Origin: Stegostoma tigrinum
Lineage: Eukaryota
Assembly: GCF_030684315.1 (NCBI RefSeq)
Contig: NC_081364.1
Coordinates: 17,654,343 to 17,718,342 of the forward strand
Reading direction: 5' to 3'
Length of the DNA stretch: 64,000 nucleotides
The position numbers were made by a program, and so were the translations under genes. This document shows, in pieces, positions 53,600-64,000 of this stretch. Each line of letters opens with the position of its first letter. Positions within the stretch are counted from its first letter, which is position 1. A model generated the notes under the pieces. That model saw only the letters and a list, made by a program, of their open reading frames with translations. It was not told the origin of the DNA and searched no databases.

Positions 53600-54780
53600 A
53601 AGGTTACACTTCTCAGTCGCAGGCTTGGTGGTGGCTGGTCAGGCCTATCGTGACCAGCAGATAGGTGCCATGGCAACTGGGGACAAGTGGATTTGTCCTT
53701 CTCCCTCTCTTTCACGCTGGTTCTTCATTCAGTCTCTAATGGTGTCTATAGCAATCATGATATACTAAACTCCAGGCATCACAGGCTATGGCCTGTACTT
53801 CTTCCCATTCGCATTTGGTTGATGTGGCAAACACAGCGGAACATCTTTAGCAAGATGCTGAAATTTTCGTGTGGGGTCCCTTTGTTCCACTTACCAGTGG
53901 TTAGTTCTTTGTACACCAGTCTTTGGCAGGCAACTGTCTGGGCAACACAAGGTCTCAAATGGGTTTGGCAGAGGATGGCTTCAAATCCTGATGATGTTGG
54001 CTGTTTGCAAGACCTCTGTCTGTGGAATGGTCCTGCCAAGAAACTTCGTGGATGCTCCAAAGATGGCATTGGCAGAACGTTTCAGTAAATGCAGATGATG
54101 GAAGTACAGGATCCATGATGCTGCATCATACTGAAGGGCAATACTAGTAGTGACTTCTGTACACTTGGATTTTGGACTGCGCTCCTAAGGCTGTAAAATG
54201 TGTGTGGGACAACCACAGAGTCAGCCAAATGCACAGCTTGCTTCCAAAAGCACATTCTCGATGAGGTTATCGACGATGACATTAAGTAAACTGACACTCC
54301 CAGAGTTGGTAAATTACTTGGCAGCATTCAGCTCTTGCTTTCCTCGATCACGCTGAAGACAATTGTGAATAGTATCAGAGAAAAGACTCACCCCTGCTTC
54401 ATGTCATTGGCATGAGGGGTTACTGCTGGGCTCAATTTGTCTGTACTGATTTTCTTAAACTGTTGCACCACGGCAAAAAACCTGGGGTGGAGGATGTCCA
54501 TATTTTCGAGGATTGGTTCGAGTCTCTTTATGCAATATCAAACGCCTTAGTAAGATCTATTAAAAAGTGACATGCTGGCTTTGTTTAACTTGAATTTCTT
54601 GCATACATTGGAATGCAAACGTCATGTCTGTGGTGCCTTTGTCTGTTGTTTGTATACAACAAAGAGGCATGATGCCTACTTGGTGCTCCATTATTTGCAA
54701 TCGCTTGCTCTGAATGCAGCCGCCAAGGACAAAAATACAGCTTTGGTAATTTTTTTCAAAGGGACCACAGCTAGTCTTTA
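53600..54780 (-). mobile_element. Decayed RTE-clade LINE (RT to C-terminus)
   Basis: Remnant RLVYKELTTGKWNKGTPH resembles RTE (L)LYGELxxGKRxxGRP. rc KQG motif near 54390-54405 and a C..C...SRIGL.SH-like terminus near 53620-53690. Confidence 0.62.
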
Positions 54781-54907
54781 GCAGAAAACGTAAACATTCT
54801 GATTACGAAGCCAGGAAGTAAAGCAGTGCTTTTAAAAAAGGATTTCCACGGGCCAACAGCCACCCCACTTCCGACCCTATCTACACCTCCACCCCTACGT
54901 GCAATTA

Positions 54908-55400
54908 TAGAGTCATATAGCACAGACTTCGGTCCAACCAGCCCGTGGCAGCCATAATCCCAAACTAAACTAGTTCTACCTGCCCACGTTTGGCCCATAT
55001 CCCTCCAAACATTTCTATTCTTCATGTACTCATCTCATTATCTTTTAACTGGTCTAACTTATTCACATCTAACACTACCTCTGGAAGTAGAGTCTACAAA
55101 TGAACCACTGTTCCTCTCACCTCAAAAATATGGCCCCCAGTCTTGAAAGCCCAAACCCTGGGGAAGAAACACCTTGACCATCCATGTTATCTATACACCT
55201 GATGATTTTATAAACCTCTATGGAAGTCAGCCCTCAATCCCCAAATGCTCCAGAGGAGGGGGGAGGGGGGAGTCCCACTCCATCTAATCTATTTTTAGAT
55301 CTCAAATCCTCCATTCTTGTCAACACCCTGGCAAACCTTTACTGAATCCTCTCCAACTTAAATCATATTCTTCTTGTAACAGAGCAACCGGATCTGGATA
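54908..55400 (-). mobile_element. CR1/HER1-type LINE 3' fragment
   Basis: Reverse-complement homology to 12950-13437. Confidence 0.72.
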
Positions 55401-55775
55401 CATCAGCTCACCCCAAGATTCCCAGCAATCCTTAAATAAAACTGGTCTTCAACATGCCTGGGAGTAGCCAGCAAGCAAGTGCAACCTGCCATCAAGTGGA
55501 CTAGATTCCAAGCCGAAAGTCTGGGAAAATCTGAAACCCGGCAGTGTCTCAGTCCCAAAAAAGGTCTGAATTTTGGATATCAGAACTGAATAGTGCAGTT
55601 TTCACAACAACATTGTTAATATTTCATCCAATAAACTCAGTCGTTTACCTCAATGCTGATCGCAGCACTGTGTTGTACACAGATTGACTGCTACTTTTAA
55701 TACTTCTGAAACATTGCAGGCTGTGAAGTGATCGCAACATCCCGGAGGTTATTAAAGACATCAAATAAACAAAAG

Positions 55776-55870
55776 TGATAATGGGAACTGCAGATGCTGG
55801 AGAATCCAAGATAACAGTGTGAAGCTGGATGAACACAGCAGGTCCAGCAGCATCTCAGGAGCACAAAAGC
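55776..55870 (-). mobile_element. PLE tail fragment stopping at about the hammerhead cleavage site
   Basis: gataatgggaactgcagatgctggagaatccaagataa...caggagcacaaaagc is the rc of the tail at 25312-25409. Confidence 0.75.
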
Positions 55871-55994
55871 AACAAAACATGTTCTTTGTGAAATTACTGG
55901 CCTATAGTTTTCTTCATCCACCTCTCACCAATCCCTAAAGTCCACTTTTATGAGCAGGAAAAGCACAGACAAAAGGTGTTGGCAAAAATTCAAT

Positions 55995-56285
55995 TACCAT
56001 TGGAAATCAGTTTAAAGTGAAAAAGAGGGAAAATGTTTAAAGGAGATGTGTAAGGAAAGTCTTTCGTGCAGAGAGTGGTAGATGCCTGGAATGTGATGCC
56101 AGGAGAAATAATAGAAGCAGATACAATAGCAATGTTTAAGAGGCATTGAGACATATATGAGACATTAGGGAATAGAAGGATACAGACCATGTGCAGGTAG
56201 ATTGGATTCGTTTAGAATGGCATCATGGTTGGTGCAGACATGGTGGGCTGAAGGACCTGTTCCTGTGCTGTAATGTTCTATGTAA
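55995..56285 (+). mobile_element. CR1-type LINE 3' end
   Basis: cagagagtggtagatgcctggaat...gggctgaaggacctgttcctgtgctgtaatgttctatg. Confidence 0.72.
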
Positions 56286-56661
56286 CTTTCCAAACATTAT
56301 GACAACTCTAATATAGGCTAATAAGGCAAAGTGTCATCCTATCTGTTGGTCACTAACTCAGAGTCCCATGCATTGCAACATGGGAGTCATTCAAAGCCAA
56401 GACAGGTTTGAGGGAGCCTGGAGCAGTCAAAGACAGGAGCCAGTTACAACAACTTGCATTCTCTCAGCACAAACGCACACTGCAGCAAGAAGGTGCCTCA
56501 CAGGAGCATTACCTTAACAAAACACCTGGCCACATCAGGCAATGTTTGAAGTCAAACTGTAATTTGTAAGCAGCATCTTAAGAAGAAAGAAAAAAGTGTG
56601 GTAAAGAGGCAGAGTTGTTTGGGTGGGGTGGTTCTGTAGTTTGCAGGCCTTGGGAGCTGAA

Positions 56662-57003
56662 GGGCAACGTGGTGGCTCAGTGTTTAGCACTACTGTCTCG
56701 CAGCACAGGGTCCCGGGTTGGATTCCACCCTCAAGCAACCGAGTGGAGTTTGCACGTTCTCCCTGTGTATGCACAGGCTCTCTCTGGGTTCTCTAGTTTC
56801 CTCCCACAGTCCAAGAGGCGTCCAGGTTAGGTGCCAGGTTGGCCATGCTAAACTGCCCCATACTGTGCAGGCTGGATGGATTAGCCATGGGAAATTTAGA
56901 GTTACAGGGACACGGGTGGGTCTAGGAGGGATGCTCTTCAGCGGGATAACATGAACCCGATGGGCTGAACGACTTGCTCCCACACTCAAAGGCATTTTAT
57001 GGA
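56662..57003 (+). mobile_element. HE1-like SINE
   Basis: ggcaacgtggtggctcagtgtttagcactactg head and conserved body. Confidence 0.75.
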
Positions 57004-57650
57004 AACATGCTCAACAATCAGTGGCAAACTAAAATGCGCAAAAGATCAGTGCAGTCAAATCAGAGAGCTGTGGAATTGAGGTGAATTGAGTGATACTGGG
57101 GTAAAAAGGCAATGTAATAGGATTGGAAAACAAAGACTAATCACTTTAAATTGGAGGTTTTGGTCAGGCAGGGCAATGCAGTTCAGCGAGTGCAGGGGTG
57201 ACAGATCAATGGGACTTGGTGCTTGTTTGGAGTTCTTCATTACGTCAAATTAATGAAGGGTATAAAAATAGGAGCCCAGCCAGAAAAGCCTTGGTACAGT
57301 GAAGCTTAGAGGTAACAAAAGGTAAGGATTAGGCCCATTGTTTTTAGTGAGGTTGCTTGTGGATAGATTGATTTGAAACAGCAAAGACCCATTTAATTGC
57401 TTGAAGGAAGAGCTCAGCATTTCACAGCATGGGAGGAAGAGACCCCTGCCGCAGGACAATGCTTCTCACTAGGACTGAAATCAAATGGATTTGCAAATCA
57501 ACCCCTTTCAATGTTTTTACTAGTGTTCTGCAAACCTCCACACATTCCCTGCTTGGAACTTCAGTCTTTAATGTAGGCAATTTTTGTTTAAAAAAAATTT
57601 AGAAAAGTTAGGCATTCCACTGTTACACCATATCCACCAAATATGCTAAC

Positions 57651-57784
57651 TGCACGGGACATGACAGGACTTCGAAGGGTTTGGGTCATGATGAGAAAGA
57701 ACCACAGAACAAAAGGAGGCGTACTGATGTCTATCATTTCCAATCCAGTAAAATCCCAAGCCTAGCACAGCAGGGAGGGAGAAG
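57651..57784 (-). other. Candidate non-coding 5'UTR exon (134 nt)
   Basis: Branch-point-like CTGAC, then a ~50-nt pyrimidine-rich tract ending ttcctccacag (AG at 57786-57785). Donor GCA|GTTAGC is weak, so the 3' boundary is uncertain. Confidence 0.35.
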
Positions 57785-58611
57785 CTGTGGAGGAAGGGCG
57801 ACAGAGGATGAAAAGGAAGAAAAACAGCAAAAAAAGAGTCAGTCGATAACCCAAACCCCTTGACGCAACCTGCTCTCAAACACTGGTATTTCCAGAAGCA
57901 TGTGGGAACATCACCAACTTGCACCCATGCCTGTGAAATAATGTGGCCTGGTCTGTGGTGGTGGCAGTGGTGAGAGGAGAGTGGAGGATGATTAAATAAA
58001 ACAAGAATATGTCCTATTACTATTCCAGGTCTACAACTCGACTAAAAACAGATCACAGCATTCAATCATTTGTGGAGCTTGGCTGGGTTTTGAAATTTCC
58101 ACTCTCGTTTTCAGACTCCTCTGTGGTACCACCCTTCCTCATGGACTATTACCAATTTTGGTGCAGAATAGCTAGGAAAAGAAAAAAAAGGAAATAGAGT
58201 TTGTTGAGCAAACTGTCAGACTCAGACAAATACCATTCTTTTTTCCGCTGCCTCAAGACGTCAGATGGACAAAGGTTGCAGCAACTTACATTTAGACAGC
58301 ACCTTTAAGGTTATTTAACATTTCAAAGTGTTTCACAAGAGCAGTATGAACCAAAACATGGCTCTGAACCACAAGATGATTCTAAATCAGACAAGTCATA
58401 AACTAAAATCGGAAGCATAATCAAAGATAGGTTTCATTGTGCAGCTTTAAGCTGCACAGTTTGAGAGCAGCAGGTAAGTGTTGGGAGGGAATTCCAGACC
58501 TTAGGGGCTGGGCAGCCACCAATGATCAAATTATTAAAATTAGAGCGACATAAGAGGCTATAATTGGAAGAAATAACAACAGGTAAAAGAAAAATCAGAG
58601 AGATTCCAGAA

Positions 58612-58742
58612 CACAGCCTGAAGAAAATATCTGAAACATCGATTGCTCCTTTCCTCCAGGTGCTGCCTGGATTGCTGTGTTCTTCCAGCCTCCTGTTTGT
58701 CTACTTTGGGTTCCAGCATCTGCAGATTTTTTTTTGTCTCTA
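58612..58742 (+). mobile_element. Short PLE-derived element with degenerate hammerhead
   Basis: CTGAAGA-aaatatct-GAAACATC, then ggtgctgcctggattgctgtgttcttccagc...ccagcatctgcagattttt. Confidence 0.62.
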
Positions 58743-59350
58743 ACCAAGAACTTCTTGACTGGGATCCAAAGAACAAGGATGAATTGGGAAACAATGCTGA
58801 CCCTGCGTTAAGATACTGGCGTCTGGGTTCTGTACAATCTCATGTTTGTGAAGGACACATGTGGGGGAGTGGACAGGAGTGCATAGGAAGAGTTAAATCA
58901 AAAGGGTAGTGAAGGCACAGATAAAGGATTCAGTAGATGATCGGCAACAGTGTTGAAAATAGAGTCACATAACAGAGAAGAAAGTGGTAGTGGTTATCAA
59001 GAAGTCAAAGATATTGCAAACATACACAGTCAAATTTACCTCAAAAACACCAAGGTGGCAAACGTACTGCATCTTAGACAGTGCCTGAGAGGGGGATGAG
59101 GGTCAGTCCTTGGAAATGGGAGTTTGGAGCAGGCAAGCTTCAGTCTTCCCAGTATTTTATTGGAGGTAACTTCAGCTCACTGGCGGGTCCAAGAGAGGTG
59201 ACAGTGAAGTCAAGCTGGGGTGACATCGGCATACCAATAATCACTAAAGCTATACATTCAGATGATGAGGCAGAGACAGCATGTAGATGGGAAATAGAAA
59301 TAGGAGGGGACCACGGACAGATGTTTGGTCAATGTCCGAATTTTGGTTGG

Positions 59351-59351
<1 letters not shown>

Positions 59352-59399
<48 letters not shown>
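59352..59399. repeat. Poly-G run (48 nt)
   Basis: Direct count. Confidence 0.95.
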
Positions 59400-59400
<1 letters not shown>

Positions 59401-60136
59401 AAGAGGAGGAGATGATGAGAGAAAAGGGGCAGAGAAACCAAAGCGCCTTCATAATATCACCCTAGTTTGCTCCTGCTGCAGCTCAGCTGCTGCTGAAACT
59501 CTCAGTTCCTCTAGTCTGGGGTCTTGGCTGGTCTCCTACATTCTCCCTTCCATGGATTGTCAGATGATTATCCAAAATACAGCTGCCTATGTCTTAACTT
59601 TTCAACACAGCCCATGCCCCAACTCCTCCTGTTTGGGTGACCTGTGACTCCAGCTCAAACAACATTTCTATTTTAACGCTACCATCTCAAATCTGCTCAT
59701 GGATTTATCTGATGATTGGGTATGTAAAGAACAGAACTGGACAAAAGTAGCTGCAGGAGAACTATGGGAGGAGGATAACGTGGCCCACCATAACAAAGGC
59801 TAAACACTGGTTGAGGGATGAGTAGGACAGATGGTTACTCTCAGAGTTATGTGGACTGTCTTTAACGTCAGATGGACAGCACATCATGGGGTGGGGAATG
59901 CAAGCTCTGGCAGCCTAGATGGGTTACTGGTGAGGGTTGGCATCAAAATGGTAGGGTGATACATCAAATGTTTTCCCACTGACGTGAAGACGCCATCTAC
60001 ACTTGTTGCTGCCAAAGACAGCCAACATCAAAAACGCCTCTCAACCTATTAATAATCTCTTCCAACCTCCTCCATCAGGCAGAAAATACAAAAGCTTAAA
60101 ACACACATACCAACAGGTTCAAGAACAGCTTCTTCC

Positions 60137-60573
60137 AAAACATAAGAATATAGAACAACACAACACAGTACAGGCCCTTCGGCCCATGATGCTGTGTTAA
60201 AAGCTCTTATTCTAATCCTAAAGTCTATCTAACCTCCAGCCCTACCTTATACTATCATCCATGTATATACAGTCACCGCTTAAATGCCCCTAACGAGGCT
60301 GACTCCAATACTCTCTGGCAATGCATTCCACAGCCCTACCACTGAGTAAAGAACCTACCTCTGACATCTCCCCTATATCTACTTCCACTCACTTTAAAAC
60401 TGTGACCCCTCGTAATAGCTACCTTCACTCTATCCATACCTCTGATCATTTTGTACATCTCTAGTCACCTCTCATCCTTTGTCATTCTAAAGAGAAAAAC
60501 CCTAGCTCACTCAACCCTCTCGTAAGACCCTCCCTGCATTCCAGGCAACATCCTGGTAAATCTAATCTGCATT
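60137..60573 (-). mobile_element. CR1-type 3' fragment nested in Rex1/Babar
   Basis: TSD TTCTTCC at 60130-60136 and 60574-60580; rc CR1 3'UTR. Confidence 0.72.
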
Positions 60574-60603
60574 TTCTTCCCTGCTGTTATTAGATTTCCG
60601 AAT

Positions 60604-60893
60604 GAGATTGATGATTTGCTCGCCGAGCTGGCTGGTTACTGTACAGGCATTTCATTACCATGCTAGGTCACATTATGCAGCCTCTATTGAAGTGATGTTG
60701 TTCTACTCTGTAGAGTATTTATATGATCCAGTCTGTTGATGTGTTTCACGTCATTTCATGTATGTTTTTGCAAGGGTTTGTATATAACGTCTAATCCCAC
60801 ATGTTTGCAATGATTGCATTATGGATAGAGAATCAGGTCTCTAGGAATTCCTGTGGATGTCTATGGTTGGCTTGGGTGAGGATGGTCATGTTG
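60604..60893 (-). mobile_element. Penelope-like fragment (second family) with GIY-YIG C-terminal remnant
   Basis: rc reads NMTILTQANHRHPQEFLE; tail ccagccagctcggcgagc shared with 1-197; decayed hammerhead at ~60632-60675. Confidence 0.6.
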
Positions 60894-61969
60894 CAAGAGC
60901 CTTAAACTTCTGATTGGACTCTCAAATTTAAAATCTAATGTTGATCTTGCTTTTTGAGCATCATCCTTAATCAAACTTGTATTCCTCACTCTGTTCAATC
61001 ACTCTACGATCTGCGTATATGTTATGATCTGCCTGCACAGCACACAAAACAAAAAAAACTTTTCACTGTAGCGAGGTATATACGTGACAGTAATAAATCA
61101 ATATCAAAAGACGATCAGGGAGTGTACAACTTCCAAAAGGGAACTGTTCAAGACAACCGTGAAGCCATCCGACTAACTACTTATTTGCAAGGCAAGCTTA
61201 TTTTCCGATCGCCCAGTCTGCCTTCACCACCCGCCCCCCTTCGATTTATAGCCCTGAGTACCTAAACATCCTGTTGTTACATGAGACAGCAGCATATGCC
61301 TTGCAATTATACACACAGTCTGCTACTCTCATGCCATCTGCGGTGATGGAATTGGCTGGCACTGCCAGCTCATCCAGCAGTGAAGCCCTAGGAAGTGGGG
61401 GAGGGGAGTCCGACTCAATAATCATAATCCACACTGATTCCGGTTGATCTCTCGCTCCAAATCAAGCAAGTCCTACAATTACACAGCCGGACCCACAATC
61501 AGAGAGATTACTGCTTTTCATTGCTCAGGCTTGGCTACAGTTTACCGCATTAAATTATAGCGGTTAACCCTGCACCAAGGGAGAGTGGGGGGCAGAGGGA
61601 AGGGGGAATAAAGAAAAACACAGGCTGCAAATAAAATTATCTGGTCCCACACTGCTGCAGGCATTTCAAAGTCTATCAACTACTAGCAATATAAACCCAA
61701 GGTCACATTCTACACAAAGCAAGAGGGAATTCCAGCTACTAACTCAAATGGAATTTTCCGGAACAAGTGTTAAGAGCAGATTATCCAAATCAGTGTAATG
61801 ACAAACATTTTCATGTAGCAAGCAGTTCCAAGATTAAATAGTCTCAATGCCAGCGATAGAAAACTCATGCGTTGTTTCGTTATTTTGAAAATCTTCCATC
61901 AGTGAACTCAGAAGGGCTTTGGAAATGCCTGAAGGTTTTAACCACCTGGCAGGCTGGGGGTGAACACTC

Positions 61970-62262
61970 AGACATACAGTACAGAAATCGACCCTTCAAT
62001 CTAACTCATCCATGCTGACCAGGTCTCCCAAACTAAAATTAGTTTGTTGCATTTGGCCCATATCCCTCTCAACCTGTGCTACCCATGTAACTGTCCAAAT
62101 GCCTCTTAAAATGATGTAACTGTACCCAACTCTGCCATTTCCTCTCACAGCTTGTTCCATATCTGCACCACACTATGTAAAAACACTGCTCCTTAGGTCT
62201 CTTTTAAATCTTTCCCCTCACCTTAAAAACCTCTAGTTTTGGACTTCACTACCATGGGGGAA
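61970..62262 (-). mobile_element. CR1/HER1-type 3' fragment
   Basis: rc homology to 13150-13437. Confidence 0.7.
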
Positions 62263-62884
62263 AACACTACAGTTTATACTACCTGGGAGAGAACAGTCAG
62301 TCTTGTGTGGCCAGAAGATTTAAGTGGATTTCAACAATTCAGGTCACATGAGAAGAGCACCCATATTCCTTAGAGATAAGCATCTGGCTTGGCCAAAATT
62401 CAGAGTCCCACTCACTGAGACTGCTTGGAGCAGGAGTGCAGCTCCTCCCATGGTCACTCTCCCCTCTACCTCTACTGCTCAATGCATCCTCTACAACTAA
62501 CTTATCAGGTCTCTACTTTTACACCCCCACCCCAAACAAACATCAGAAACACTGAAAGTGCAGCTATTTTTCCAAAACTATATTTGCTCATTTGGCAGGC
62601 TGTTCCAAAACTAAATTAGCAGTTCTGTAGCTGCAGGGCATGACCCCAGTTCCCAGTAACTGAAGCAGTGAAACAAGGCTGTGCCAGACACTGAGTATCT
62701 GCCTTTGTCTGGCTTCTCAGTTTCATTCCTTCGGTCATAGAGCTCTGTTTGTGCCTGCTTCACTGGGCAGTCATTGGGAACTATGGAGCGATTAACTGAA
62801 ACCTCAGTAGCCTGTTAAAGATGCATTTAACATGCTAAAGTTTTCCAGAAACATTCCACTTTCTTCTTAAAGGGCTAGTCATGT

Positions 62885-63290
62885 GAGAAGTGGGTGAAGG
62901 CTCTGGATCTAAACTCCATGAAGTTTAGGAGGATGAGAGGGTGATCTGACTCAAAATGACAGAATACTGACAGGCCTGGAAAGGGTGGGCATGGAGGTGT
63001 TTCCACTAATAGGAGAGGAGAGACTAGGACCCACAGGAACAGCCTAGTGAAGGGACAACCCTTCTGAAATGAGCCGAACAGGAATTTCTTCAGCCAGAGA
63101 GTGGTGACTCCGTGGAACACAGGAGGGCTGCAGAGGCCAAATCACTGAATGCACTTAAGACACAGAATGATTGGCAAGGGGATCAAGGGCTATAGGGAGA
63201 AAGCAGGAGATTCAGGCCGAGAAACATCAGCCATGATTGAATGGTAGAGCAGCCTCAAATGGATTAATTCTTCTCCTATATCTTATGGTA
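62885..63290 (+). mobile_element. CR1-type 3' fragment
   Basis: aggaatttcttcagccagagagtggtga...atcagccatgattgaatggtagagcag...ctcctatatcttatgg. Confidence 0.72.
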
Positions 63291-64000
63291 ATGTCTGAAC
63301 TTGATGACAAACCCCACACAGAGATGCTGTCACTGCTGAACTACAGCCTATGTGAACCCGAATCTGTCCCCATAGTGCTTCAGAACAACCTCGATTTTAA
63401 AAAAAACTCAGTGTCCTCAGGACCCACAGCCAGCACCTCCACTGCATCCTGGCCAAGGTCTATGAAGTACAGCGGCTCAGGTGAAGCAATGGACTGGTGA
63501 GTACATAAAACAATACAATACTTACACAAAATGCTTTAAAACCAGATCATCTTTATAATAATGTACTATGCATCAGTCTAGAATATGTGAATATTCATAA
63601 TTACATACTTAATATACAATGCTGCTTTATTGGCTGTTTTCTTTTTGCTGGTTTCTGGGATTGCATTCATCTTCACATTTTAAAGTAGAGTTAACTGGAA
63701 AGTGTTTGGGAAGTGCTCAATGGAATGGTCCAACAAACTGATCCTCCTGTTAACTTCCTGCTATAGTTTTGTTCAAATACCTTATGCCAATGATATCTCA
63801 AGAAGAGCAAGTGCTGAGCAGGGGATCTTTGTATCTCTATGGATGATTCCATCACCACATTACAGGGTACAGGAAGTATTTTATTTTGTCAGTTATTGAC
63901 AGAATATGGTCCTTCACCAGGCCAGTTTATTTAATCTGACAGAGTTACTGTTTTAAATAGGGAAAAAAAACATTAATCCCAAAACTAGATTTTTCAATCA

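Larger units (their letters stand above)
59985..61087 (+). mobile_element. Rex1/Babar-type LINE 3' end hosting two later insertions
   Basis: LFQPPPSGRKYKSL...T.RFKNSFFP|AVIRF.N is split at 60136/60574; tail acttttcactgta...gtgacagtaataaatcaa. Confidence 0.65.

Noticed and set aside
57681-57863. Basic peptide with NLS-like KRRR (possible viral or retrogene fragment)
   Set aside because: The composition is explained by the reverse complement of a polypyrimidine tract; no recognisable homology.
59081-59647. 188-aa Gly-rich ORF and antisense poly-Pro ORFs
   Set aside because: Produced by the poly-G run between decayed L2-like fragments.

Overview
Vertebrate genomic DNA; the repeat content (HE1-like SINEs, CR1/HER1-type LINEs, abundant Penelope-like elements) suggests a shark, which is an inference. 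The only supportable host gene is a plexin-B1 orthologue on the minus strand. Its large first coding exon is 5353-6481 (ATG at 6471; signal peptide and Sema domain) and the next exon is 492-674; the gene continues off the left edge. The other ~57 kb is probably 5' intron or upstream sequence, with three candidate non-coding 5'UTR exons and many decayed retroelements (CR1, L2, RTE, Rex1/Babar, two tRNA-SINE families). The most striking signal is at least 11 Penelope-like (PLE) insertions, most carrying a minimal type-I hammerhead ribozyme motif and a conserved structured tail. They include a young, near-perfect 1.36-kb fold-back with ~650-bp arms and a 14-bp TSD, and several ~90-270-bp 'ribozyme + tail' mini-elements. 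Nearly all short ORFs in the track are spurious or repeat-derived. Repeat boundaries without a stated TSD are approximate, and family names come from motif recognition, not database searches.
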